A DNA stretch of 45,116 bases. Source: an uncultured Candidatus Saccharibacteria bacterium (GTDB taxonomy: Bacteria > Patescibacteriota > Minisyncoccia > Phycocordibacterales > JAACPR01). Made by a program: the position numbers and the translations under genes. Shown here in pieces: positions 1 through 9,787 of the stretch. The stretch's first letter is position 1; each line of letters starts with the position of its first letter. The stretch covers positions 1 through 45,116 of the forward strand of contig CAZHOL010000004.1 of NCBI GenBank assembly GCA_964534415.1, read 5' to 3'. The notes under the pieces were generated by a model, which saw only the letters and a list, made by a program, of their open reading frames with translations, had not been told where the DNA came from and ran no database searches.

Positions 1-795
1 CAGGACGAGGCACAGGTTCTGGCAACTAGCGCAGTTCGCAAAGCTCTAGATATGGCGACACCAAAACAATATGTGGTAGATAAAACTTTATCTGGATTTG
101 GTACTGTAATTAACAACACAATTCCGTTAAATATCTTCGCGGATACAAATTCAGACACACTTTCACAGGAAGAAAAAATTGTCGCTGCAGAAAAAATTCT
201 AATTGACGCTGGTTGGAAGAAAAACGGTGACGGAATTATGGAGTTCGAAAACAAAACAGACAAAAAAGTCTTGAGTTTCTCTGTATCAACTGGCAATGTG
301 CCAGAATTAATTACTGCTGCTCAGACAGTAATTGAGGAATGGAAAAAGATCGGCGCACAAGTTGAGTTACGAATTTACGAACCATCTGATCTAAACGTTA
401 ATGCTATTCGACCAAGAAAATATGATGCCCTATTGTTCGGACTAATAATCGGACGAGATTTGGATTTCTACGCCTTTTGGCACTCTTCACAGAGAAATGA
501 TCCTGGTTTAAATATTTCAAAATATGCAAACATAAATGCAGATAAAGTTCTGGAAGAAATTCGCGAAACAAGCGACGCTGATATGTTGAAAGAAAAATTT
601 GCAGCTTTAAATAACGAAATTAGCAAAGATACTCCCGCAGTATTTCTATACTCTCCAGACTTCATCTATATTCTCTCAAAAAATATCAAAGGTTTCGAAG
701 TGAAGGACATGGTGACCGCAGAAGAAAGATTTTTAAATATTCATAAATGGTTTATTTATACGAATAAAGTATGGAAAATATTTATAAAAAATTAA
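1..795 (+). CDS. ABC transporter substrate-binding protein, family 5 (peptide/nickel type), C-terminal part; 5' end lies outside the window
   Basis: Frame 1 is open from base 1 (QDEAQVLATSAVRKALD precedes the tracked Met at 52). C-terminal lobe resembles OppA/DppA-type SBPs (YEPSDLNVNAIRPRKYDALLFG, DFYAFWHSSQ). Confidence 0.75.
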   Translation, partial: QDEAQVLATSAVRKALDMATPKQYVVDKTLSGFGTVINNTIPLNIFADTNSDTLSQEEKIVAAEKILIDAGWKKNGDGIMEFENKTDKKVLSFSVSTGNVPELITAAQTVIEEWKKIGAQVELRIYEPSDLNVNAIRPRKYDALLFGLIIGRDLDFYAFWHSSQRNDPGLNISKYANINADKVLEEIRETSDADMLKEKFAALNNEISKDTPAVFLYSPDFIYILSKNIKGFEVKDMVTAEERFLNIHKWFIYTNKVWKIFIKN

Positions 796-819
796 TAACA
801 AACAATTAACAAAAATAAA

Positions 820-2862
820 ATGGAAAACACAAATAATACAAATACAACAAATAACACGAGCTCTGCTCCTAGACAATTCAGTCGAGGAAACAGTTCTTTC
901 GGTAATAGACGGCCTTTCTCGAATCGACCACATTCTGGTGGGGCCTTCTCTAACAGACCTAGAAATAATTCTCCTAGACCTTTCGTAAAAAGAAATGATG
1001 GCACAGCCACAACTTCAACAGGAACGAATACAAACAGAACCCATGGTTCAAATTCAGGAAGAAGCAGTTTCGGCGGATCGTCTCGTAACAAAAAGAATCG
1101 CAAACCATCATTGCGAAGCACAATTCGACAAACTCGATTAAACAAAGATGCCGGCAAGGAAAAAACTCCTGACCTACCAATTCCACCTGTAGCAGAAGGA
1201 AACATCAGAATTATTCCTATCGGTGGTGTCGAAGAAATCGGAAAGAACATGACAGCAATCGAAATCGGCGAGGACATTATCGTCATCGATGCTGGTATTC
1301 AATTCACTGATTCAACAACACCCGGAGTTGATTACATCATTCCTAATACAAAATATCTCGAAGAGAGAAAAGACAGAATTCGAGCAATGTTTATCACACA
1401 CGGTCACCTCGATCACATCGGTGCTATTCCCTACGTCTTGGACAAGATTGGAAATCCGCCAATGTACTCTCGCCAATTCGGTGCGATTATGGTGTTGAAA
1501 AAAATGGAAGATTTTCCTCATCTAAAGAGACCTGACATTCATATTATCGAGGGCGATGAGACAATCACAGCGGGAAAAATCAAAGTTGAAACTTTCCCTA
1601 TTTCCCACACTATTCCAGATTCAATGGGATTAGTCATCAAAACACAGCACGGAGACATCGTATTTATCGAGGACGTGCGCGTCGACAACAGAAATGGAGT
1701 TCCAACAGAACAGGAAGAACAGCAATACAAGAGATTCAAGGACAAAAATGTTTTGATGTTGACTCTCGATTCAACTTCAATAGAAAAACACGGCTTCTCA
1801 ATTTCTGAAGATGTCGTTGTAGAAAATATTGAAAAATTCATTCGTGATACAACTGGACGTTTGATTATCGGTACTTTCGCTTCACAGGTAGAGCGAATTA
1901 TCGCAATTATCGAATTGTCAGCAAAATATGGAAAGAAAATCGCAATCGAGGGACGGTCAATGAAATCAAATCTCGAAATCATCAAGCAATTAAATTTGGT
2001 TAAAACTGAAAACGTAATTCCTGTTACTGAGATTGAAAATGTTCCACCAGATCGATTGGTCTTGCTCGTAACCGGTTCACAAGGAGAGGAATTCGCGGCC
2101 CTCATGAGAATGGCAAACGGCACACACAAACAGTTGAAATTGCGACCAACAGATACGATTTTGCTTTCTTCATCTATCATTCCTACAAACCACATGGCGG
2201 TTGTAAATTTGAAGGACAGACTTTATCGTTCAGAAGCCAAAGTTATCACATACCTCGACTCTGACGTTCACGCATCGGGTCACGGAAACAGAGATGAGTT
2301 GAAATGGATTCATCAACACATTCCATATAAATTCTTCATCCCTCTTCACGGCTATCATCATTTCTTGCGATTGCATGCTGAATTAGCAGAATCAATCGGT
2401 ACAAAGAAAGAAAACATTATCGTTCCTGATAACGGTTCAATTATTGAAATTCAAGATGGTGGTTCAAAAATTGTTAAATTACCGATGAAAGCCCCATGCA
2501 ACATCGTCACAGTTGATGGACAAGAAGTCGGAGACATCAAAGATGTGGTGATCGAAGACAGACAATTGTTGGCTTCAGCCGGAATTTTCGTTGTTGTCGC
2601 AAGCATCAATGTACGCACAGGAAAATTGAAGAAGTCTCCTGACATTATTTCTCGCGGATTCGTATATTTGCGTGAATCGCAGGAATTACTACGAAAGAGT
2701 CGATTCCTAATTCGAAAAGTTATCGAGGATCAGATTACAAAAAACAAAGGTCAAGTTGATTTCGACAAAATTCGCAAGATTCTTGCCGGGGACTTGAGCA
2801 AATTCCTATTAATAGAGACTGCAAAACAGCCGCTGGTTATCCCTGTTCTATTGGGAATGTAG
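820..2862 (+). CDS. rnj: Ribonuclease J (metallo-beta-lactamase/beta-CASP) with a ~125-aa low-complexity N-terminal extension
   Basis: 680-aa ORF. Motifs IIPIGGVEEIGKN, FITHGHLDHIGA (HxHxDH), VHASGHG, PLHGYHHF. Length and order match RNase J. Confidence 0.9.
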   Translation: MENTNNTNTTNNTSSAPRQFSRGNSSFGNRRPFSNRPHSGGAFSNRPRNNSPRPFVKRNDGTATTSTGTNTNRTHGSNSGRSSFGGSSRNKKNRKPSLRSTIRQTRLNKDAGKEKTPDLPIPPVAEGNIRIIPIGGVEEIGKNMTAIEIGEDIIVIDAGIQFTDSTTPGVDYIIPNTKYLEERKDRIRAMFITHGHLDHIGAIPYVLDKIGNPPMYSRQFGAIMVLKKMEDFPHLKRPDIHIIEGDETITAGKIKVETFPISHTIPDSMGLVIKTQHGDIVFIEDVRVDNRNGVPTEQEEQQYKRFKDKNVLMLTLDSTSIEKHGFSISEDVVVENIEKFIRDTTGRLIIGTFASQVERIIAIIELSAKYGKKIAIEGRSMKSNLEIIKQLNLVKTENVIPVTEIENVPPDRLVLLVTGSQGEEFAALMRMANGTHKQLKLRPTDTILLSSSIIPTNHMAVVNLKDRLYRSEAKVITYLDSDVHASGHGNRDELKWIHQHIPYKFFIPLHGYHHFLRLHAELAESIGTKKENIIVPDNGSIIEIQDGGSKIVKLPMKAPCNIVTVDGQEVGDIKDVVIEDRQLLASAGIFVVVASINVRTGKLKKSPDIISRGFVYLRESQELLRKSRFLIRKVIEDQITKNKGQVDFDKIRKILAGDLSKFLLIETAKQPLVIPVLLGM

Positions 2863-2882
2863 TTTTATGTGGCGATGCGTTT

Positions 2883-2891
2883 TGATATAAT
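2883..2891 (+). promoter_or_regulatory. Extended -10 promoter (TGaTATAAT) 9 nt upstream of the MFS ATG; implies a leaderless mRNA
   Basis: tttTGaTATAATgttttctatATG read directly; no Shine-Dalgarno in between. Confidence 0.55.
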
Positions 2892-2900
2892 GTTTTCTAT

Positions 2901-4067
2901 ATGAAAACATATTTGGTATATCTGCTCGCGTTTCTATTCACACTACATATCACTCCGGCATACTTTATTAATTCGAGTTTTCTCGAACAGTATGTCGGCG
3001 ACAACGGAGTCGGATACATTTACACTGTTGCTTCTGCCCTAGCCCTCAGCGGTTTGTTTCTCGCCAAAAAAGCAATCGGAAGAATCGGTAACTATCGTAT
3101 TTTCGTCGGTGCGATTTTAACTTCTTTTGTATCGTATGTTGTTTTATCGACTAGCCTCATTATTAATCCAAATTTTGCGTGGAGTGTGGTCTACATTATA
3201 TTTTATGTTGCCAGCTTTATCAGTCACTCTATTGCCTTTTTCACCCTAGATGTATTTTTGGAAAGTTTAACAAAAAATTCTGAGACGGGTGGGGTGCGTG
3301 GAATCTATCTAACTTCAATTAATCTATCATTCATTGTTGGACCACTCATTGCCGGAATAATTATATCTGGAGTTGCGGAAGCCGGTAAAATTTACGCACT
3401 CGGTGCAACTTTATTAATTCCAGTTATTTATATCGCGTTAAAATATTTTAAAGATTTTCAAGACCCTGAGTATGTTACTCACCATTTCTTTTCAACATTG
3501 AAATATGTTCGCGGGCACAAAAATTTACGAAATATATTCAAGGCAACTTTTATTTTGAATCTGTTTTACGCTGTGATGGTTATTTATACACCAATTTTTC
3601 TGAGCAGCACGGTTGGATTGGGATTAGGTCAAGTTGGAACAATTATGGGAATCGCGCTTGTTCCTTTTGTTCTATTTCAAAGTATTCTTGGTAAAATAGC
3701 AGACAAAATTTATGGCGAAAAAGAAATTTTGGTGATTGGGTTTATGATTATGGGAATGTCGACCGCCTTTATGAGTTTCGCCACATCGAATACTTTTGTA
3801 TTTTGGGCCTCCCTATTGTTCGTAACTAGAATTGGAGCAAGCATGGTCGAGATAATGTGTGACACATATTTATTCAAAAAAATCGATGAGAGCGATGTAA
3901 ACGTCATTAGTATGTATCGATCAATGTTACCGGTTGGATATATTTTTGCGCCATTTATCGCATCCATTTTACTCCTGATAATTGATATTAAATATTTGTT
4001 TGTAATTATGGGGATAATTGTGCTATGGGGAGCACGGTACGCTTTAGCCATAAAAGACACCAAATAA
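2901..4067 (+). CDS. MFS-type transporter
   Basis: 388 aa, about 12 hydrophobic segments in two halves. Basic loop KKAIGRIGNYR after TM2 resembles the MFS signature. Confidence 0.75.
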   Translation: MKTYLVYLLAFLFTLHITPAYFINSSFLEQYVGDNGVGYIYTVASALALSGLFLAKKAIGRIGNYRIFVGAILTSFVSYVVLSTSLIINPNFAWSVVYIIFYVASFISHSIAFFTLDVFLESLTKNSETGGVRGIYLTSINLSFIVGPLIAGIIISGVAEAGKIYALGATLLIPVIYIALKYFKDFQDPEYVTHHFFSTLKYVRGHKNLRNIFKATFILNLFYAVMVIYTPIFLSSTVGLGLGQVGTIMGIALVPFVLFQSILGKIADKIYGEKEILVIGFMIMGMSTAFMSFATSNTFVFWASLLFVTRIGASMVEIMCDTYLFKKIDESDVNVISMYRSMLPVGYIFAPFIASILLLIIDIKYLFVIMGIIVLWGARYALAIKDTK

Positions 4068-4122
4068 TTGCAAAAGTTAAAGAAAAGATAAAGACCAAAT
4101 CACAGGTTTTTCATCCATATAT

Positions 4123-4150
4123 TTGACTTTATTTCTGTTAGGAATAGTAT
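4123..4150 (+). promoter_or_regulatory. Sigma70-like promoter TTGACT-16-TAGTAT, 8 nt upstream of the response-regulator ATG
   Basis: TTGACTttatttctgttaggaaTAGTATtgtttcaaATG read directly. Confidence 0.5.
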
Positions 4151-4158
4151 TGTTTCAA

Positions 4159-4839
4159 ATGAAAGTATTACTGGTTGAGGACAATCTCTCGATTAGAAAT
4201 GTACTACGCATGAGTCTGGTGGCGGATGGCTTTACTGTCGACGAGGCTGACAATGGTGAGACGGGTTTTTATCTGGCACGAATAAATAGGTACGACATTA
4301 TAATTCTTGATAATGTTCTGCCGAAGAAAATGGGTAAAGCTGTGTGCGCAGATCTCAGGAGTTTGGGAATTCAAACTCCTATTTTATTGCTCTCCGCTGT
4401 AAATGACGCGCTGTCAAAAATTGATTTGTTGAACAGCGGTGCGGACGACTATGTAACAAAACCTTTTTCATACGAGGAATTAGTGGCTCGAATGCGTGCC
4501 CTGGTGCGACGCCCTGGGATAATACAGGACAATGTGCTCCGAGTTGGTAATCTGGTATTGAATATCGACAGACACGAGGTAAAGAAAAATAACAAGAGAA
4601 TTTACTTAACCAAAAAAGAATACAATCTCCTAACAATTTTAATGAAAAATCGCGGCAAGGTTCTGTCTCGTGCGGCAATTATGGAAAGCGCCTGGGACGA
4701 ACAATCGATGAATCCATTTTCAAACACTATCGAATCCCATATTTTGAATCTCAGAAAAAAACTAGGCGACCGTCGCAAGAACATGATCATGAGCATACCC
4801 GGTAGCGGATATAAATTCCTCGACCCACATAATAGCTAA
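4159..4839 (+). CDS. OmpR-family response regulator (receiver domain plus winged-helix DNA-binding domain)
   Basis: MKVLLVEDN start, IIILDNVLP acceptor Asp region, GADDYVTKPF, C-terminal wHTH (LTKKEYNLL, GSGYKF). The tracked start at 4123 is a TTG inside the promoter; the ATG at 4159 is preferred. Confidence 0.88.
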   Translation: MKVLLVEDNLSIRNVLRMSLVADGFTVDEADNGETGFYLARINRYDIIILDNVLPKKMGKAVCADLRSLGIQTPILLLSAVNDALSKIDLLNSGADDYVTKPFSYEELVARMRALVRRPGIIQDNVLRVGNLVLNIDRHEVKKNNKRIYLTKKEYNLLTILMKNRGKVLSRAAIMESAWDEQSMNPFSNTIESHILNLRKKLGDRRKNMIMSIPGSGYKFLDPHNS

Positions 4840-4842
4840 GAT

Positions 4843-5565
4843 ATGAGAAATATTTTTAACAAAAAAATATCCACATCAACCAGTGTGGAATCGTTTTCTC
4901 TAAAAGAAATCGGGAGTATTTCGTGTGGCCTATTACACGATCTCATTAATCCTATAAACGGGCTAACTCTATATTTAGAAACTTTGGACAAGAATCTATT
5001 CAAAGAATTGCTAATACCGATCAATGAAACGAGCGAGAATATTCGTACATTCATCAGAGTAATGCAAGGCGCGATGCACAACCCAAAACAAATGGAAATT
5101 ATCAACGTGTATAAAATTATTTCGCACATCGTTTCCCTCTTGCGTCACAAAGCCATCAGCAAAAATATTTCCATTGTTGTGGCCCAAGACACACAAAACG
5201 TTCTGATATTCGCTAACAAAATTAAAGTCTACCAAGTCTTCATCAATTTAGTTACGAACGCAATAGATTCGTTTGAAAAAGCTCCAGAAAGAGAAAAGAA
5301 AAACATATCCATTTCAATAACAAATAGCAACGGTCAGATTACAGTTGTGGTGAATGACAATGGTGCTGGAATTGAAAGGAGTAACCTAGACAAAATGTTT
5401 GTCAGGTCCTTTACCACAAAAAAGACCGGACTGGGAATAGGATTAATGCATACAAAATTTTTGGTCACGCGGGATTTACTAGGTACCATAAACGTTAAAA
5501 GCCAAATAGGTGTTGGGACAGAATTTCAAATTACTATTTCTAAGAAATTTTTAATTTGCAGATAG
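4843..5565 (+). CDS. Histidine kinase, soluble, DHp plus HATPase_c only (no sensor or TM domain)
   Basis: H-box GLLHDLINPINGL at residue ~32, N-box NLVTNAIDS, G-boxes NDNGAGI and GLGIGL. 240 aa. Starts 4 nt after the regulator stop. Confidence 0.8.
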   Translation: MRNIFNKKISTSTSVESFSLKEIGSISCGLLHDLINPINGLTLYLETLDKNLFKELLIPINETSENIRTFIRVMQGAMHNPKQMEIINVYKIISHIVSLLRHKAISKNISIVVAQDTQNVLIFANKIKVYQVFINLVTNAIDSFEKAPEREKKNISISITNSNGQITVVVNDNGAGIERSNLDKMFVRSFTTKKTGLGIGLMHTKFLVTRDLLGTINVKSQIGVGTEFQITISKKFLICR

Positions 5566-6888
5566 AATTCTGTACAAGGAATCTAATGCTACACGTTGCT
5601 GTTCTCCGGTATTCATATTTTTTACCGTAAAGGTATCGGTAGCGACTTCATCATCTCCAATGATAACAACAAAAGGAATGGCCTGTTTGTTTGCGTAATT
5701 TAATTTTTTCTTCATAGGCACTTCGTCCAAAAATATTTCAGAGTTTATGCCACGAGACCTCAACCCGCGCGCCAGAATTGAAGGTTTTTTCAAATCGGAT
5801 ATTAGTGGCACAATCAAAACCCGAGTCAAAGTTTTTTCTTCAGATTTAATTAGTCCTTTTTCTTTGAATGGAACAAACAATCTAGTTAATCCTAAACCTG
5901 CACCGACCCCAGGAATCTTTCTATCACCGAAACCGCTGAGCAATGTCTCGTATCTACCACCCGAACAAATTGAACCGAGACCGGTATCTTCGACCAAGAA
6001 TGTCTCAAAGACAGTTCCGCTGTAATAATCTAGACCGCGAACAATTGTTAGATCAATTTTAAAATAATCAGAAGGCACATCGAAATCCTCCAGGCAATTT
6101 ATCACCTGCACCAATTCATCCAAACCGCTTTTGAAAGTATCATTTTCAATATTTAGACTCTGTAGTTTAGCCAAAACATTTAAATTTGTGCCTGCAACAG
6201 AAACAAAATCCAGGATCTCATTCATCTGATCAACTGACAATTTTTCTTTTTGTAATAACTCGCGAACTTTGTCTGCACCGATCTTTGCCATTTTATCAAT
6301 GATGCGTAAAACATATGGCGCACGATCCTGCAAATTCAAGCTTTCGAGAAAGCCATTTAAAATTTTTCTGTTGCTAATCTTTACAACAAATGGACCAATG
6401 TTTAATTTGCTGAATGTTGTGTAAATTATGTTTATGATTTCTGCATCGTATTTCAAAGAGAGCTCGCCATCACCAACCACATCAATATCACATTGATAAA
6501 AATCTCTGTATCTGCCTCTCTGGGGTCTCTCTCCACGATAAACTCTGCCGATTTGATATTTTCTAAATGGAAAATTTAGTTCACGAGAATGTTCGCACAC
6601 ATACCTTGCAAAGGGTATCGTCAAATCGAATCGCAACGCCAAATCGTTATCCCCCTTTTTAATTCTATAAATCTCTTTCTCCGTATCTCCGCCAGCCTTG
6701 GCAAGCAGAATTTCTTCACGCTCTAGAACCGATGTGTCGAGTGGAATGTACCCAAAACTTTCGTAAATATTTTGAATTTTGGATTTCATCTTGTCAAAAG
6801 CAATTTGATCTTTGGGCAATAACTCTAAAATTCCTTGCAGTGCGCGGGTTGATAGTGTTTTCTTCTGTCTAAACATTTTGAAAAACAT
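5551..6888 (-). CDS. hisS: Histidine--tRNA ligase
   Basis: Class II motifs RYRDFYQCDIDVVG and GGRYETL, plus a C-terminal anticodon-binding domain. 445 aa. Confidence 0.93.
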   Translation of the reverse strand: MFFKMFRQKKTLSTRALQGILELLPKDQIAFDKMKSKIQNIYESFGYIPLDTSVLEREEILLAKAGGDTEKEIYRIKKGDNDLALRFDLTIPFARYVCEHSRELNFPFRKYQIGRVYRGERPQRGRYRDFYQCDIDVVGDGELSLKYDAEIINIIYTTFSKLNIGPFVVKISNRKILNGFLESLNLQDRAPYVLRIIDKMAKIGADKVRELLQKEKLSVDQMNEILDFVSVAGTNLNVLAKLQSLNIENDTFKSGLDELVQVINCLEDFDVPSDYFKIDLTIVRGLDYYSGTVFETFLVEDTGLGSICSGGRYETLLSGFGDRKIPGVGAGLGLTRLFVPFKEKGLIKSEEKTLTRVLIVPLISDLKKPSILARGLRSRGINSEIFLDEVPMKKKLNYANKQAIPFVVIIGDDEVATDTFTVKNMNTGEQQRVALDSLYRILSAN

Positions 6889-6897
6889 GTATCCATT

Positions 6898-8343
6898 TTA
6901 ACCGAAAAATGGATCAAAGTCATCATCGAAATTAGATTTGCCGGTTCTTTTCTTCGATTTCAAGGCTTTTTTTGAAGAACTATTTTTTATGAAGTCTGCG
7001 ATCACTTTCTTTACCTTGTCGCTCTCTGTTCGCTTCAACTTTAAAACGTTCTTTTCAGATTCTGTTTGAAATTTTCTATCATAATGCAAAACTGTCTGGT
7101 CAATTTCTAACGCTTTGGCATTTATTCCCTTCAAATATAGACCGCCCCAATTTTTCACACGAGACAGCGCAACATATCCCTGCCCCGGAACAAACGCCTG
7201 CGACAAATCGATGACAGCACTATCTAGAGTCATACCCTGGCTTTTATGAATAGTAACTGCCCATGCTAATTTCAAAGGCACCTGCGTGATTTCTGCTAGA
7301 ACTGTATCACGATCCTCAATTACCCAAGACTGCGGATGCGCATTGAAAGTTTGTCCGTCCTTGGTTTTGACAACTGGAAAACCATCTTCGAAATCAACGA
7401 CTTCGCCGGTTGTACCGTTAACATATCCACGAAGGGGGTTATTTTTCACAAACATCACCAATGAACCGATCTTGATATCCAAAATCTCTGGAGAGAGACA
7501 CCCTTTCTTGGCAGTTGCAACAACAGCTTCTTTACCCTTGGTTCTCATTTCGAACCTCTTCTGTTTTCCGGAAATTGATTCCAACTTTTTCAAGTTGAAA
7601 ATGTCGACATTTACGTTATGTGTGAAAAGTTTGGTCACGTCTTCGAAATCGTCTTCTACAACTTTCTCTAATAATTTTTCATAAGTATTCTGCGACACCT
7701 GACCGCCACGAATTTCATTCAACAAATCAATTAGATGTTCGTCGTCTTGGCGATGTTGTTCTGTAAGATAACAAATGCTGAGTTCCGCCTCGACCCAACT
7801 ACGCGCGCGAAATGCGAATGGCGCCAAATATTCTTCGTCTTCGTAGACGATTTCTGTCTCACCGTCAAATGATATTTTTAAAGTCTCTGATTCCGAATTT
7901 CTTTTTTCAATCGGCGGCAATTGAAAAAAATCACCGGAAAAAACTACCTGAATTCCTCCGAACGGCAAATCATTTCTCTTGAAGAATTTGCAGACTTGAT
8001 CGATAGTATTCAATGTAGAATCCTTGAGCATAGATATCTCATCGATTATGAGGACTTTTACCTTTTGAAAACGTTTCCAGAGATATGCTTTCTGTTCGAG
8101 ATGGTCAAGCTCCCTATCGGTCAGATTTTCTTTTATCCCAATGCCTGCCCAAGAATGAATTGTCATTCCTCCAATGTGTGTCGCCGCGATTCCAGTAGAA
8201 GCAGTCACCGCAACATCGATGTGATTTTGCTTTAGATATTTTATATATTGGTTCAACACAAAAGTCTTTCCCGACCCAGGAGCACCCGTCAGAAAAACAT
8301 TTTTACCCATTTTTAGAATAGTCAGTGCATCTTTCTGTGTCAT
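6898..8343 (-). CDS. PIF1/RecD-family ATP-dependent DNA helicase
   Basis: Walker A GAPGSGKT, Walker B LIIDEISM, FSGDFFQLPP, TIHKSQG, ALSRV. The tracked start at 8364 is GTG; the ATG at 8343 (MTQKDALTIL) is preferred. Confidence 0.85.
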   Translation of the reverse strand: MTQKDALTILKMGKNVFLTGAPGSGKTFVLNQYIKYLKQNHIDVAVTASTGIAATHIGGMTIHSWAGIGIKENLTDRELDHLEQKAYLWKRFQKVKVLIIDEISMLKDSTLNTIDQVCKFFKRNDLPFGGIQVVFSGDFFQLPPIEKRNSESETLKISFDGETEIVYEDEEYLAPFAFRARSWVEAELSICYLTEQHRQDDEHLIDLLNEIRGGQVSQNTYEKLLEKVVEDDFEDVTKLFTHNVNVDIFNLKKLESISGKQKRFEMRTKGKEAVVATAKKGCLSPEILDIKIGSLVMFVKNNPLRGYVNGTTGEVVDFEDGFPVVKTKDGQTFNAHPQSWVIEDRDTVLAEITQVPLKLAWAVTIHKSQGMTLDSAVIDLSQAFVPGQGYVALSRVKNWGGLYLKGINAKALEIDQTVLHYDRKFQTESEKNVLKLKRTESDKVKKVIADFIKNSSSKKALKSKKRTGKSNFDDDFDPFFG

Positions 8344-8392
8344 ACGTGAGAAATAGTATAACACATTGACCTAAAGAAAAGTTAAAGGAAAA

Positions 8393-9667
8393 TTAAGAAT
8401 TTTTTGGTTTTTCTGTCTTGATAATTAAGGTTTTTTCTATTCTGCGTACGTCCGCCAACAATTCCGCACGAGACTCGTTGAAAAGAATAATATTGCAAAT
8501 ACTTGAACCTCCGTTTTTTGCATAGAGGCATTTGTCGCCGATTTTGGCTTTAACAGAAATTTTCTTTAATGATTTTAGATCTTGAATTTTTAGAATTCCG
8601 GTTAGATTTGTTAAAACGCCCTCTGTTTTCGGGAAGAATTTCATCGCCGCAGAATATCCTTTGACTTTTTTTGGAATAATTGGTTTTCGAGGAATTCGAA
8701 TCAATACATCGTTCATTGAGTGATTGATATCGAAAGAATTTTTATATAAATCATGGCGAAATCCTCCAACACGCGGGCCGATTTCGATCACTTTCCAACC
8801 ATCTTCTGTGCGCATCAATTCAATATGCGCTGTCGAACTACGCAATCCCAGCGCGCGAACGGATTGTGAAGCAACTTCTTCGGCAGCAGCAATCGAACTC
8901 TTTTTCAAAAGTGTTGGTGTCATTTGTAAATATCCAAAAAAATCATCGAAACCAATAGATCGTCCAGTTTTAATGTGAACAAAAGGACAGAAATATATTT
9001 TGCCTTTTGAATTAACGTAGGCGTCTACCGAATACATTTCACCTTCCATAAATTGTTCGACGAGCACTTGTGGTTTTGAGTGTCTAGATTTTTCTTCATA
9101 GACTTTTTGAATCTTCTTGAAAGTCTTTTGCAGAACTTCTTTTAACTCCTGCTCATGAAAACATATGCTGACCAACAGGCTCGCAGTTAGACTGTTCGGC
9201 TTCAAAATTAATGGGAAACCAATTTTCTGTTTTATTTTTTCTAAAGTCTCATCTGAACTGTCTTCAACCACTACAAATTTTGGTGTAATATTTTTGTCAT
9301 AGGCACGAAATCTCTTTCGCATTTGAATTTTATTGCAACTCCACAGTAGAGATTCGGTGGTAGGTGTCCTCAAATATGGCACGTTTGGAATAACTTTAAT
9401 AAATTCATCAATATTTTCCTCACCCCGACATGTGACTGCTAATAGTTCGTCATAAATTGGCAAAAGTGCCTTTTGAATGGATTCACTCTTGGAGAAATCA
9501 CATTCCAAATCAAAATCAACCGTGCGTTTTTTTCTGTCCGCGGTATCCTCAATATTTCTAATTACTGCCACACGATAATGCTGGCCCGTTTCTGCGGTGT
9601 GTTTCTTTAGGCTCGTAACAAAGTCGCCTGGGACATTCTGAACAAAGAGAATAATATTCTTTGACAT
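8393..9667 (-). CDS. ATP-grasp domain protein (amino-acid ligase-like)
   Basis: 424 aa. GFPLILKPNSLTAS, LVEQFMEGEMYSVDAYV, AHIELMRTEDGWKVIEIGPRVGG are typical ATP-grasp blocks. Confidence 0.75.
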   Translation of the reverse strand: MSKNIILFVQNVPGDFVTSLKKHTAETGQHYRVAVIRNIEDTADRKKRTVDFDLECDFSKSESIQKALLPIYDELLAVTCRGEENIDEFIKVIPNVPYLRTPTTESLLWSCNKIQMRKRFRAYDKNITPKFVVVEDSSDETLEKIKQKIGFPLILKPNSLTASLLVSICFHEQELKEVLQKTFKKIQKVYEEKSRHSKPQVLVEQFMEGEMYSVDAYVNSKGKIYFCPFVHIKTGRSIGFDDFFGYLQMTPTLLKKSSIAAAEEVASQSVRALGLRSSTAHIELMRTEDGWKVIEIGPRVGGFRHDLYKNSFDINHSMNDVLIRIPRKPIIPKKVKGYSAAMKFFPKTEGVLTNLTGILKIQDLKSLKKISVKAKIGDKCLYAKNGGSSICNIILFNESRAELLADVRRIEKTLIIKTEKPKNS

Positions 9668-9770
9668 GAAGATTGGAGAGTTATTTTTAGTTCTAAAATT
9701 GTATCAAACTTACACAAAAAAGCAAGTGAACAACACTAGGGCAAAATATCATGAAAACTTAACGATATTC

Positions 9771-9779
9771 TGCTATAAT
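9771..9779 (+). promoter_or_regulatory. Extended -10 promoter (TGcTATAAT) 8 nt upstream of the RimK-like ATG
   Basis: cTGcTATAATttgttattATG read directly. Confidence 0.55.
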
Positions 9780-9787
9780 TTGTTATT

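Noticed and set aside
792-2195. Long antisense ORFs in the track inside well-supported genes (for example 792-1286, 1539-2195, 3710-4063, 7286-7684, 13433-13744, 18020-18999, 23871-24344, 33519-33848)
   Set aside because: They lie opposite genes with clear family motifs, have low-complexity or hydrophobic junk translations, and lack promoter or SD signals.
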